IMG/VR virus record: IMGVR_UViG_3300049015_000009
Coordinates: 1 to 62,583 of that record
DNA from: a virus
Lineage: Duplodnaviria; Caudoviricetes
DNA length: 62,583 bases
Reading direction: 5' to 3' (one strand)
A program made the translations under genes and the position numbers. The notes beneath the pieces are model-generated. The model was not told where the DNA came from and ran no database searches. It worked only from the letters and a program-made list of their open reading frames with translations. How positions within the stretch are numbered: the first letter of the stretch is position 1; each line of letters starts with the position of its first letter. Below are positions 19,601-28,976 of this stretch, piece after piece.

Positions 19601-22600
19601 TTGGCTGTGGTCAAGGACTTCCTGGTCTCCATGCTGGATCGCGCTGAGGAATACGCAGGCGTGAAGCTGTCGGATGCACAGAAGAACGCCCTGACATCCT
19701 TCAAGAACCACGCAACTGCATGGAGCAAGACCATTGCTGCGAACCTGCCGGCGATCGCAAACCCCAGGTTCAGGTACGAGGATGCCCTCCAGTACCTCCT
19801 GAGCAAGGACGCTGACGGCAACCCGACGCTCGATGAGAACGTCCTGACCGCCATCTCCTACGCCGCGTACAGCTGGGTGGCTGCTCATGGGTCTGAGCCT
19901 GCAGTGCAAACCAGGAAGGCTGTGAACAGTCTCCTGGGTCTTTCTGCCAAGGCTTGGGCTGGTCATGAGGCATACAGCCGTCTCGGGACCGTTGGTACCT
20001 ACGAACACATCCTGGTGGATGCGCTGGGTGGCGCTGTCATCGATGCGCTTGGTTTCAAGGCAACGGATGACATGTCCCAGGAGCTGCTGCCCAAGTTGCG
20101 TGCTTCGCTGGGTGCCCAGGCAATGAAGCTGCTGGAAGACCGCAAGCTGATCGCTCGCACCACCATCTACGGTGATGAGCTGGCATCCCTGCGTCGTCGG
20201 GACATCACGCCTGAAGATGTGATCTCCACGGACAAGGATGGAAAGACGTGGTTCAGGCCACACCATTTCATGGCGGTGGCTCGGGAGAACGGCGCACCAG
20301 TGGCTGGGGTGAAGAAGATCCTAGACGCCGTGAAGGGTACCCAGGGTGTCCTCGATCGCCTGTTCGACTCGTCAGAGAACTTGAAGCTGCCCGCGCTCGA
20401 GCCGGTGACAACGCTTCCGGACAACATCAAGGGTTCCCGGATGAAGTTGCCGAGCTGGCTGAAGAAGGTGCTGTTGGTCAACCAGTCACGTCCCCGCTTG
20501 GTGGACCAGGAAAAGATCGCCTTGATGGGCGAGTTCAGCCCTGAAGAAGTTCAGACCATGATCGGTGTGGTCGAGGAAGAGAACTTCAGTACCCACCTGG
20601 TCAACCGTCACGGTGTCACGGCGAAGAACCAAGCGCTGAAGCGTGAGTACGACCAGTTCATCGAATGGGTGGGTGAGTACCTGGCCACCTCTGAAAAGGG
20701 GCTGGCTACCCCTTTCTTCCTGCGGTTCATGCCCTGGAAGCAGCAACGGGTTGGCGTAGCCAACACCGTTGCAAATCCGCAGTCCAGCAAGATCGTCCGT
20801 CACATGGTGTATTCACCGAACTGGGTCACCAAGGTGGACTCCACTTCGGATGCCCTGATGGACAGTTTCTATCTCCGTGTGGCTGAAGGTCTGGGAATCA
20901 AGACTGAGCGCAAGAGCAACGAGGCCGCCATCGACGAGGTCAAGGCACTGCTCCAAGATCCCGTGTACCAGGCTGCTATCCAAGCACTTCGCAAGTCAGT
21001 GGTTCGCAAGCAATCCCTGACGGATGCTGAGCGTGCTGCTGTGGTCGCCGGCGTGGTCAAGGGCAAGGCCAAGATGCACTCCCTCGATGCGTTGGTCGGC
21101 ATGGCCATCCAACAGGAAGCTGCACAGGAAGCCAATGGCGGTGCGTACAGCTTCACCGTCAAGATGATGGGTGAAGTGGACGGTGTCGCCAACGGAACCA
21201 TGCTCAACCACATCCTCCTGGGTGCATCCGATACCTCGGACGCCTTGGTTGACATGCTTGAGGCGGGTGGCTTCTATACCGAGGAATCTGGGTATACCAA
21301 CTACAACCTGTGGCGGGAGACTCCTGGCCACCTGGACATCTACGAAAGCACGGCACGCAAGCTCTACACGAGCATGCAGGGGATGCTTAGGAATGCCGAT
21401 GACAAGTTGGCATCCCAGATCAACAGCCTGTGGGCCATCTCTGGTGAGATCTTCGATGAAGAGAACTCCAAGGTCACTTCGGACGGCCGCAACCTGATCA
21501 AGGAAGCCCTGAACCCGCTTGGCTTCGGATCTTCGATGCGCAACGTGATCGATGGAATGTCGACCACCTTCCTGGCTTCTGTATACGCAGGCTTCGAGAA
21601 GCTGTCGATCGCTGGTGCAAGCCAGCAAGAAGTCGATGCTTACGTCAAGCACTTGAACGTGCTGATGGGCGACAAGGGGATGAAGATCCCTACCGGCAGG
21701 GACATCGAGTACCACATGGAGAACTCGTTGCACCCTGCAGTGGAAGCAGGGCTCAAGGGGATTTTTGCCGACACTGTTGGTGCCAGCATCAAAGAAGTCA
21801 TCGAGGATTCCTTCGGTAGCTTCATCCAGCGCAGGGACGCACTCAACAGTGCAGCCCGCTACACCTACGGCCTGTATGACGCAATCTACCAGGGCATGCG
21901 TACTGCCTACATCGAGGAGCTGCTGGCCAAGAACGAGCTGCCCCTGAACGACAAGGGTGAGCGGATCGGTGATCTGTCCAAGAAGCAAGAGGCGGTGCTG
22001 GCCAAGCGGATGCGTCGCCTGGAGCCGGTCATTGAGACTCGCATGTCGAAGAAGTCCGGTGACGTCGGCTCTGGCCTGTTCATGGCCAAGTCTGGTCGAA
22101 GCCAGAACAACAATCCGGAGTACAAGAACAACAGCAAGTTTGGTACTCCCCTGGCCGATCCCAGGAAGTCGAAGTCTCGTGCGTTTCAAGCCATGAGCAC
22201 GCACCTGAGTGATCCTGGTGTTGCCATGGGTTCGGCTACTACGCACTCCACGGACTCGGACATTTCTCACAGCACGCAGGAAGAACGGGATGTCCTGAAC
22301 ATCCACGATGCTGTCGGTGATGGAGTCGCTGGCTTGCAGGAGTCTGCTCGCCTGATGAACAAGAACACCTGGGAAGCCATGCTGGGTTACTCCCCGCTGA
22401 TGGAGGCTCACGAGTCACTGGCACGAGTGGTGACTGGCCTGGCCAACATGGTTCGCAACGGTGAGCTGTCACCCCACTCCCTGAAGCTGCTGCAAGCGTT
22501 CGTGGAGAAGGAAGGCGACATCGATGCGATGCTGGAGTACACGCTCCGGTCTGCTGCTGATGCCGACACTGTTCGTCTGGGTTTCTTGGCTCAACTGGCT

Positions 22601-25600
22601 GTGGTGGACCAGTACGCTTTCCAGGGTGGTCAGTACGACGTCACGGCTGCTGATCGTGCGAAGGCAGAAGTCCAGCTCGAGAAGCTGACGCGAGAGCTCA
22701 CGAAGGATCAAAACGAATCTCTCGGGGTGATCGAGAAGGTGCTGGAGTTGACCCCTCAAGCACTCGACTCGATGAAGACAACCCCTGTCGTGAAGATCGA
22801 TGGTGACCTTCAAGGTGATTCTCGCGTTGACACGGCAAGTGAGGAAGCCAACGAAGCAGACAGCACTGACCTCACCACGGTTGACCCCAAGGTGGTGACT
22901 TCCCCGTTCGGTGCTATCGGTACCGCTGCTGTGGAGAGCGATCCCAAGCTGGTGGAGTTCCTGAGCCAGGACAAGTCTGCCAAGCAGGTGCTGCAGATGC
23001 TCAACGACCGGATCAAGGAGTCCACGGGTCGGGTGGGTGAGTTCAGTCAGCAGCTGATCCGCCTGCTCTACAAGACGGTGTCCCCGGACCTCATGGTTCG
23101 GGTGGTTTCGACTGAGATGGGTGAAGGTGACGTCCAGGCTATGCCGGCTACGCCGTCACACGCCTGGTACGTCTCCAAGGGTAATGAGGAGTCGGTCTAC
23201 GTGCTGTCGCCCGAGTTCAAGGACTCTGGCTTGACGGTTGAGATCCTGCTGCATGAGCTGACCCACGGTGCTCTGGCCAAGGTGGTTGCTGCTGAGCTCA
23301 AGGCTGAGACTGCCAGCAGCAAGTACACCAGCGAAGCCTTGGACCTGGTTCGTGAGCTGGATGAGTTGCGTGAGGTTGCTGCTGCCTATGCCAAGAAGGC
23401 TGGTATCACTGGCTTCGGTGCAGCCCTGAAAGATGTTCAAGAGTTCATCGCCTACGGCATGACGAACCCAGCGTTCCAACGTCAGGTGCTGAGCCAGATC
23501 AGTATGAAATCCCGTACCCAGGGCAACAGCCTGGTGCAGGGTATGAAGGCGTTCATCGAGCGTGTGGTTGGCATCCTGTTCAAAGGTTCGGCCAAGGACG
23601 CCCAGGCTCAAGCTGTGAACGGCCTGACGCTTCTGGTCAACAATGTCTCTGGCTTGTTCATGAAGGCTGCTGAGGGCAACCAGAACCAAGCCACGGGAGT
23701 TGACTTGAATCTGTCCATGGCCGCGAACACGGTGCTGAACGACTACAGCACGGTGAACATCCACAACGCTCTGAACCCCGGAGCCCTAACCCCGGAGTTC
23801 AGCGAGAAGCTCCAGGGTTTGCTGGTTGGCATCGTGCAGAAGCTGCATGGTCCCTTCGGTGTGCTGCGGGCTGATCTGGTCAAGCAGCAAGCACTGACGC
23901 CCCAGGATGTCTGGGCCAAGGCCCTGGCCACTGGTGAAGCACCTTTCGCATCTTCTGTTCTGGCTTCGCCCCTGGCGGTCAGTGAGCAGGAGTCCCATGC
24001 CATGGAGCAGGTGGAAGCTGTGGTGCGTGCTGTTCTGGATCACCCAGAGAACACGGCAACCTTCGCCTACAAGGAGCTGAGCAGGTTGTTCCTGGAAGTG
24101 CGTGAAGTTCTCAAGCCCAGCGACTTCAGCAACCCGGATGCCTACGACTTCATCTTCAAGGTTGAGTTGGCTGCTGCCGGTCGCTCGAACTACCTGTCTC
24201 GCTTCGCCGCTTACGCGCTCGCTCACCAGGAGTTCAGCTCCCTGATTGAGAAGGCTGTGTTGCCTACCAAGAGCATTCCCAACAAGACCGCAAAGACGTT
24301 CGGAGAACGGGTCCAGGTTGTCTTCGAAAAGATCCTGGCCTTCTTCCATGACCGTGCTACCCAGACCTACCGTGGTCAGCCTGTTGATGTTCAGGTTGAG
24401 AAGCTCGTGGGTCAGTTGGTGGACATCGAAGCCAAGCGCAAGATGGGTATCGCTCGTGACCTGGCTTCGGTGACTGCTGACAGCATCGATGCAAAGGCGT
24501 CCGTCCTGGCCAAGCAAGCACGGGACAAGGTTCTGGCTGTGCTGAAGTCCAGCAAGCTGCGGAACAACCCCTCTGCACCGGTGCGAGCTGCGGCCAAGAT
24601 CGGCGGTCTCTGGATGGAGAACAGGGCTGACCTGTTGATCGATGCTGTGCGCAATGTATGGGATTCCCAGACCAAGGAACAACACGGCCTGGGCCTTCAA
24701 ATGCTGACTGAGCTCAAGGGTCCGGGCAAGGTGCTGAACCTGCTGACCCTGGCTTCGACGAATGCTCAGCGCATCCGCAAGCAGATCATCAGCACCACGG
24801 CAAAGAACGTCCGTAGTTCCTTCGCTGATGGTGGTGCTGGTTTGACGCCGGCGATCAATACAGCCATCACGAAGGTGTTCCTTCGTACTGGTTTGCATGT
24901 GCTGGTTGGTCGCTTCAACATGGTTGAGATCGAACAGCTACTGTCCGATCCCAAAGCCCTGGAAAAGGCGATCGCTGACACCGAGGCACAGTTGACCGGT
25001 AGGTTCAAGGATCAGTTCATCCATCAAGCCAACGCACTGGGCTACTTCCGTGCCACCGGTGAGGTGAAGCATCCTCGCTTGATGATGAACGCACACAACA
25101 TTGCCAGGCTGTATGGCACGGCTTACGTGGGCAAGATCACTGAGGCAGATGCTGCGATCGCCGAGAAGCACATCGAGCAGTTGGTGGCTCTGTACGCCCT
25201 GGGCTATGCAGATCAAGGTTCACTGAAAAATGCGAGCGAAGTTATGCGCTCGGAGAACCAACGTTCTGACGGCCAAGGGCACGGTGTTGAATACATCCTG
25301 GCTCTGCAAAAGAAACTCGAGGCTGATGCCAGCAAGCGGATCTTCAAGAACCAGCAGGCTCTGATGATGCACGGCTACACCCCGGAGATCCTGAACCCCA
25401 ACATCCAGGTCAAGACTGCGACCAAGGCAGAGGGCGATGAGCTGGTTGCGATGGGCTACAAGGAGCTGGGCCGCGTCACTCTTGATGCTGCTGATCCGGA
25501 TACCGAAGCCAAGTTCTTGTATGCAGTGCAGGATGGTGGCCTCATGTCCTACCGTTCGGGCATCACCTCCCTGACGGGCAAGCGTGCCAAGGGCAGCACC

Positions 25601-27208
25601 AAGCACAGCGGCTACATGAACGTGAATACTGCTGATGGTCTGCGCAACGCTTCGATGCAGGCAGACATCAACCATCTCAAGTTCGCTGGCTTGGCTTCTG
25701 GTCCTCGTCCCAACCTGAGCAAGACCGCTGGTAGCCACATGGCACCGGTGGTGAATCCCCAGGGTGAAGTCGTGAACTGGCGCTACATGATGGTCGACAA
25801 GACCAAGGACACGACGTTGATGCGTGACAACAGCTTCGACAAGGTTCTGGGTACCCTAGCCAGCAGCATCTACGACAAGGAGACGTCTCTGGAGCTGAAC
25901 ACCAAGGCGTTCAAGGCGTTGAAGGAAATCGACCTTGCTGAGCGCAACCTGACCCCGGATGCCTTCGTGAAGATCGGCCCTCGCGTCGCTGACCCTGATA
26001 TGCAGGAGATCTGGCAGATGCTGCCTGAGGACACCCGTGAGGTGGCCCGGAACCTGTGGGGCAGGGATGGGATGTACGTCCGCAAGGATCAGTTGAGCAC
26101 GGTGTTCGGGTACCGCAAGTTCAGCCTGGCTGATGCCCTGCGCAAGGAACCCCATGAGCGTGCTCAGTTGGAGCGTGTCTATGCCACGGCTATAGAGAAC
26201 ATCTTCGCCGTCTACAAGCAGCTGAGCAGCCCTGGTACCTCCCGACAAGACGCAGAGGAGTACGCCAAGCGTGCTGCTGTCTACGTGGCTCGAGGTGAGC
26301 GTGTGTGGCAGGACATCGTCAAGGAAATCAAGGACATCGTGGTTGTGAAGTCCGTGGTCGTCTCTCTGGGCAACATCAGCTCCAACATCTCGTTGTTGCT
26401 GGCACAGGGTGTACCCCTCAAGGACGTGCTCCGTGGCCACCTGGTGGCTCTCCGTGGCGCCCGTGCTCACCAGCAGGACACCGAGGAGCTGAGCCGCTTG
26501 CAGGCCATCGTAGATACCGGCACCGCTGGTACTTTGCGTCTGGCTTCCATCGAAGATGAGATCCGCCGCCTGAAGGATGCCATCGCACGCAACCCGGTAC
26601 ACGAAATGATCGAGGCTGGTCTGATGCCCACGATCGTGGAGGACATCGCTGAAGAGGAGGATGTGTACTCCTACAAGAGCGCATTGATCCGTAAGACGGA
26701 AAAGATCACCAGCAAGTTGCCTTCTGGTGTGGTTACCGCAGCCAAGGGCATCTACATGTCCCGTGATTCCAATGTCTACCAAGGTCTGAGCCGCTTGGCT
26801 CAAGTCTCGGACTTTGCTGCACGGTATGCGCTGTATCAGCACATGGTGAACAGGGCAGAGAAGCCACTGAGCAAGGAAGACGCAGTCCACCAAGCCAGCG
26901 AAGCCTTCATCAACTACGACGTACCGATGCCCAAGTTCCTTCAGTTCACTGATGACATGGGTATCACGATGTTCAGCAAGTATGTGCTGCGCATTCAGCG
27001 TGTACTGGGTCGTATGGCTGAGGAACACCCAGCTCGAATCCTGATGCTGCTGACCGTTGACCAGTTCGTGAACCTTGGACCCATCGTTCTGGATAGCTCA
27101 TGGATACACAAGGCTGGCAACAACCCATTGAACTGGGGTGCTCTGCAGTTGCCCGGTGCTTTGGATGAGTTGGCTACGGTTCATGCAGCCATGGCTTTGG
27201 TGAAGTGA
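16643..27208 (+). CDS. Virion-encapsidated RNA polymerase (N4 gp50-like); start may be GTG 16679
   Basis: 3521 aa, no Cys seen; motif A EVDGVANG (~21173), motif B RNLIK..FG (21488-21529), motif C IHDA (22301); HELTH zincin motif. Confidence 0.95.
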   Translation: MFIESGHTLKADVATNPDDYFSTRYSQSLLPVENPGTSTKYEALQKASRDKVTALDAGIARAKQRELANANSLVGQLGLNPNGVAGQAVNLGASVYSGAARVAGDLAGFVAGDYEAMVRMGVLSEDEIQAVGRHRQGIATPADLALINTRKSADSYTALENADLADKARARSASIDKTFDQSSLVQGDRRAQLSSDLGDDFQGAWDQVKTGAKAVWDGKLGSGSGDLVSGFAKLVYNAGEAAVTNPGAAAEYIAENIPQLAIGVAGKAGKAALLASNVGYASEEYQKGIANYQKENGGAYPPQAERIKMAGYAASLALAEQLGDVSLLKGAQGAAKAVEDTARIGFKQSLKNTVKETAKGFGTEAATEGYQTFAEGQANLTDVSAQQIYEGAVIGGIAGGGLSGGGRALGEVLKATPEHLQARDAEATLVQNRREAQEAAIATGDVTALLDKKNTAYSPSNAIAALAGHAALPEATTETRDANLAKASEIVAGLEKERDELKANYDDLSPEGLAKNKEALAAAEAAGQAEQAEVLREMVKDAETADPKEIERTKVELAKLDKRISQANEALSNFAVDSHVLAGVDKTSEPDTVINLSMAAPERLKTEEALALADDTTNSLSTEQRSYLRAFSAARIAENKARDIDLVSQEILTGSKDNVGLSQYRERVASALLAGNLKLAKQQIDMLARFDVDHKAKAEVVALAWEEGKGTNTERTKDGRWAVSAVRRTRAQLAKSGDLEVNTPKLIDSIRAESQAISAVLAELQAAIAAKSTKTQPVQTQGTTDVSLVSQALNSPEDLSAGSQVQTVASTAQAAQVGAEGVRQGDAAGNDLGSRAFNDLTDPDERLNLYRGEGPGNISDGAWWSFDRADAEKYAISSKGKVITLVMTAKQIGSQTAQGQLGPRHRVFPSKADVGIISTEQSSVDIQSETVKSTTAPDLSSSTESSEKTSADEVPTVTVLAQPEEGNPLSTGLKQVGGKSSGTKKPLAVVKDFLVSMLDRAEEYAGVKLSDAQKNALTSFKNHATAWSKTIAANLPAIANPRFRYEDALQYLLSKDADGNPTLDENVLTAISYAAYSWVAAHGSEPAVQTRKAVNSLLGLSAKAWAGHEAYSRLGTVGTYEHILVDALGGAVIDALGFKATDDMSQELLPKLRASLGAQAMKLLEDRKLIARTTIYGDELASLRRRDITPEDVISTDKDGKTWFRPHHFMAVARENGAPVAGVKKILDAVKGTQGVLDRLFDSSENLKLPALEPVTTLPDNIKGSRMKLPSWLKKVLLVNQSRPRLVDQEKIALMGEFSPEEVQTMIGVVEEENFSTHLVNRHGVTAKNQALKREYDQFIEWVGEYLATSEKGLATPFFLRFMPWKQQRVGVANTVANPQSSKIVRHMVYSPNWVTKVDSTSDALMDSFYLRVAEGLGIKTERKSNEAAIDEVKALLQDPVYQAAIQALRKSVVRKQSLTDAERAAVVAGVVKGKAKMHSLDALVGMAIQQEAAQEANGGAYSFTVKMMGEVDGVANGTMLNHILLGASDTSDALVDMLEAGGFYTEESGYTNYNLWRETPGHLDIYESTARKLYTSMQGMLRNADDKLASQINSLWAISGEIFDEENSKVTSDGRNLIKEALNPLGFGSSMRNVIDGMSTTFLASVYAGFEKLSIAGASQQEVDAYVKHLNVLMGDKGMKIPTGRDIEYHMENSLHPAVEAGLKGIFADTVGASIKEVIEDSFGSFIQRRDALNSAARYTYGLYDAIYQGMRTAYIEELLAKNELPLNDKGERIGDLSKKQEAVLAKRMRRLEPVIETRMSKKSGDVGSGLFMAKSGRSQNNNPEYKNNSKFGTPLADPRKSKSRAFQAMSTHLSDPGVAMGSATTHSTDSDISHSTQEERDVLNIHDAVGDGVAGLQESARLMNKNTWEAMLGYSPLMEAHESLARVVTGLANMVRNGELSPHSLKLLQAFVEKEGDIDAMLEYTLRSAADADTVRLGFLAQLAVVDQYAFQGGQYDVTAADRAKAEVQLEKLTRELTKDQNESLGVIEKVLELTPQALDSMKTTPVVKIDGDLQGDSRVDTASEEANEADSTDLTTVDPKVVTSPFGAIGTAAVESDPKLVEFLSQDKSAKQVLQMLNDRIKESTGRVGEFSQQLIRLLYKTVSPDLMVRVVSTEMGEGDVQAMPATPSHAWYVSKGNEESVYVLSPEFKDSGLTVEILLHELTHGALAKVVAAELKAETASSKYTSEALDLVRELDELREVAAAYAKKAGITGFGAALKDVQEFIAYGMTNPAFQRQVLSQISMKSRTQGNSLVQGMKAFIERVVGILFKGSAKDAQAQAVNGLTLLVNNVSGLFMKAAEGNQNQATGVDLNLSMAANTVLNDYSTVNIHNALNPGALTPEFSEKLQGLLVGIVQKLHGPFGVLRADLVKQQALTPQDVWAKALATGEAPFASSVLASPLAVSEQESHAMEQVEAVVRAVLDHPENTATFAYKELSRLFLEVREVLKPSDFSNPDAYDFIFKVELAAAGRSNYLSRFAAYALAHQEFSSLIEKAVLPTKSIPNKTAKTFGERVQVVFEKILAFFHDRATQTYRGQPVDVQVEKLVGQLVDIEAKRKMGIARDLASVTADSIDAKASVLAKQARDKVLAVLKSSKLRNNPSAPVRAAAKIGGLWMENRADLLIDAVRNVWDSQTKEQHGLGLQMLTELKGPGKVLNLLTLASTNAQRIRKQIISTTAKNVRSSFADGGAGLTPAINTAITKVFLRTGLHVLVGRFNMVEIEQLLSDPKALEKAIADTEAQLTGRFKDQFIHQANALGYFRATGEVKHPRLMMNAHNIARLYGTAYVGKITEADAAIAEKHIEQLVALYALGYADQGSLKNASEVMRSENQRSDGQGHGVEYILALQKKLEADASKRIFKNQQALMMHGYTPEILNPNIQVKTATKAEGDELVAMGYKELGRVTLDAADPDTEAKFLYAVQDGGLMSYRSGITSLTGKRAKGSTKHSGYMNVNTADGLRNASMQADINHLKFAGLASGPRPNLSKTAGSHMAPVVNPQGEVVNWRYMMVDKTKDTTLMRDNSFDKVLGTLASSIYDKETSLELNTKAFKALKEIDLAERNLTPDAFVKIGPRVADPDMQEIWQMLPEDTREVARNLWGRDGMYVRKDQLSTVFGYRKFSLADALRKEPHERAQLERVYATAIENIFAVYKQLSSPGTSRQDAEEYAKRAAVYVARGERVWQDIVKEIKDIVVVKSVVVSLGNISSNISLLLAQGVPLKDVLRGHLVALRGARAHQQDTEELSRLQAIVDTGTAGTLRLASIEDEIRRLKDAIARNPVHEMIEAGLMPTIVEDIAEEEDVYSYKSALIRKTEKITSKLPSGVVTAAKGIYMSRDSNVYQGLSRLAQVSDFAARYALYQHMVNRAEKPLSKEDAVHQASEAFINYDVPMPKFLQFTDDMGITMFSKYVLRIQRVLGRMAEEHPARILMLLTVDQFVNLGPIVLDSSWIHKAGNNPLNWGALQLPGALDELATVHAAMALVK
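18996..19163 (+). CDS. Candidate nested out-of-frame 55-aa basic protein inside vRNAP gene
   Basis: AAGGAAC SD then ATG; codons in this frame look phage-typical while the vRNAP frame is A-ending-rich. Confidence 0.45.
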   Translation: MSRSYRKHSTRPKTSVQGRKYKLWQVLLKQPKLELKEYVKETLQEMTSAHGRSMT

Positions 27209-27400
27209 AGTTGGTGTCGGCCCTCACCCGTCCCCATGAGGGCACATGGTTACAAGGACTGGCAACCGGGATTGTCCGATCGGGTGATCGACACCAACAT
27301 GGGGGCACACCACCACCTTGCTGACTAGGCAATGTGTTTGGTTGTCAACCGTGATGCACCCACATGTTGGCCCGGATCTACTCTCCGGTGTCGTTTGCGG
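27209..27400. ncRNA. Candidate structured RNA between convergent genes
   Basis: Several 6-10 bp helices, some mutually exclusive or crossing; no family recognised. Confidence 0.35.
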
Positions 27401-27406
27401 TAGGTG

Positions 27407-27580
27407 TCAGGACTCCACGAGTCCCCTGATCATGCGTGCAACAAACACGATCACACCTGAGATACAGACCAGTGCTCCCATGAGCGACAGGCCAAGGGCA
27501 ACAAGGCCCACGATGCCTGTGCCAATGCAGAGCACCAGGATGGCGGCCAAGATGTAGCCGATCCAGCTCAGTGCTCTCAT
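27407..27580 (-). CDS. Small membrane protein (57 aa)
   Basis: MRALSWIGYILAAILVLCIG...; GAGG SD; read manually, below ORF-track cutoff. Confidence 0.65.
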   Translation of the reverse strand: MRALSWIGYILAAILVLCIGTGIVGLVALGLSLMGALVCISGVIVFVARMIRGLVES

Positions 27581-27591
27581 GCCTCGGTGCT

Positions 27592-27912
27592 TCAGCCGAA
27601 GAGACTGGTGGTTGGTACCTTGGCTTCGGCTGCAGGCGTCTCAGCGACTTCTTCGGCCGGGGGAGGTTCCACCGGCGTCTCGGTCTTCACGACGCTCAGG
27701 ACAGGCTTGTTCACCTCAGCCTCATCGGACGAATCCGTGAAGCCAGGGATCTCAGCCGAGTCTTCAATGACGATATCAGCCGACACGCCAGTGTCCTTGC
27801 GACCAGCTGTGAAGCTGATGTCGACCTTCTTGCCAACCAGGCTGATGCCCTTCTTGGTGACGAACTGCTTCAGCGCTTCGACGATCTCGACTTGCTTCAG
27901 ATTGATGTTCAT
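27592..27912 (-). CDS. Conserved N4-like hypothetical protein ending TSLFG
   Basis: FTAGRK motif; acidic tail; AAGGAAG SD before MNINLKQ. Confidence 0.75.
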   Translation of the reverse strand: MNINLKQVEIVEALKQFVTKKGISLVGKKVDISFTAGRKDTGVSADIVIEDSAEIPGFTDSSDEAEVNKPVLSVVKTETPVEPPPAEEVAETPAAEAKVPTTSLFG

Positions 27913-27932
27913 GTGATGGTTCTTCCTTTGGT

Positions 27933-28517
27933 TCAATGCGCTGCCACGACGGCCAGCATTTGTTGGAAGGCATTGCTGGCAACACCAGCGTGGATCGCAG
28001 CTACAGCGTCGGCCATGTGTTCGGCCTTGGCTTCGCTGACGAGTTCCTGCCCATGTTCTTTGTAGGTTGGCCAGCCAGCGTCAGGGTGCTTGGACATTGC
28101 CCACTGGATCATTTCCGTCTTGGTGGCAGTCTTCTTGCCAAACCCAGCCAGCTTGACTTCAGTGGGGGTCACCTCGAAGAAGGGCGTGCCCCTTGCTCTC
28201 AATGCCCCCAGGACGCCCACACAGATCCCGTATGAAGCCATGGCACGGGCAGATTGACTGCCTACCGGGACTTCAACGAAAACTGCATGGGCGCCCTCAG
28301 CAGCTGCCAAGGCACCCCTGTAGAGCTGGAAAGCGGATTCCAGGTCCGCGCTGTTCTGCCGCACCTGCTTGCCGGTAGGCAAGCTCGGGTTGGTAAGTGC
28401 CAGTCGCTTTATCTGGATGGTTCCGGTTTCCAGCTCGTAGGTGCCAATGGCGATCCCCCAGTTACGAAGTGAGGGATCTTGGCCAACAACCTGGATCGTT
28501 CTAGCCCTTTGCATCAC
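27933..28517 (-). CDS. RuvC-like Holliday junction resolvase (N4 gp46-like)
   Basis: VGQDPSLRNWG, FVEVPVGSQS, EHMADA. Confidence 0.85.
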   Translation of the reverse strand: MMQRARTIQVVGQDPSLRNWGIAIGTYELETGTIQIKRLALTNPSLPTGKQVRQNSADLESAFQLYRGALAAAEGAHAVFVEVPVGSQSARAMASYGICVGVLGALRARGTPFFEVTPTEVKLAGFGKKTATKTEMIQWAMSKHPDAGWPTYKEHGQELVSEAKAEHMADAVAAIHAGVASNAFQQMLAVVAAH

Positions 28518-28821
28518 CAGGGGCCTCGTCTTCCATCTCGGCGACGAAAGGCAGGGTTCCCAGCTGCATCAGGGCCATCTCCAGGCCAAACTTGAAGCCA
28601 GCCAAGGTGTCGCCCGTAAGGACGATCTCGGTAGCTTCTGACCCCTCTCCGATCTCGAAGGCAGTGCCTTCGGGAACTTCGAGGAGTTGTTTGACCTGGC
28701 CAACGCGCTGGGTATGCCAGGCGGTGGTGATGGCTACGAAGTGATCCAGGTCGTCGACTTGCACGACGCCGGCGAGTTCCATTGCGGTGGGAGTAGGGGG
28801 AGTGGTTTGATCTTGGCTCAT
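28501..28821 (-). CDS. Hypothetical protein
   Basis: 106 aa, coupled to neighbours. Confidence 0.7.
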   Translation of the reverse strand: MSQDQTTPPTPTAMELAGVVQVDDLDHFVAITTAWHTQRVGQVKQLLEVPEGTAFEIGEGSEATEIVLTGDTLAGFKFGLEMALMQLGTLPFVAEMEDEAPGDAKG

Positions 28822-28976
28822 GTGGGTTGCGCTGGTGTCTCAGTGGGACCGCCCTGGATGAAGTTGTAGAACTTCGCTGCCGCAGCAACTATTCCCTCAG
28901 TGGATTGGGGGTTGTTGCGGATGGCAAAGTCCAGACACATCGAGCGGTAGTGCTGCTGGTGCTCAGTTTCGGTCAT
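28818..28976 (-). CDS. Small hypothetical protein (52 aa)
   Basis: MTETEHQQHYRSMCLDFA...; GGAGG SD; ATGA overlaps at both ends. Confidence 0.65.
   Translation of the reverse strand: MTETEHQQHYRSMCLDFAIRNNPQSTEGIVAAAAKFYNFIQGGPTETPAQPT

Noticed and set aside
20996-27028. Long minus-strand ORFs (471, 370, 390 aa) inside vRNAP
   Set aside because: Antisense shadows with typical L/V/D/H-rich composition.
27209-27400. tRNA in the intergenic gap
   Set aside because: No cloverleaf or TTCGA T-loop on either strand.
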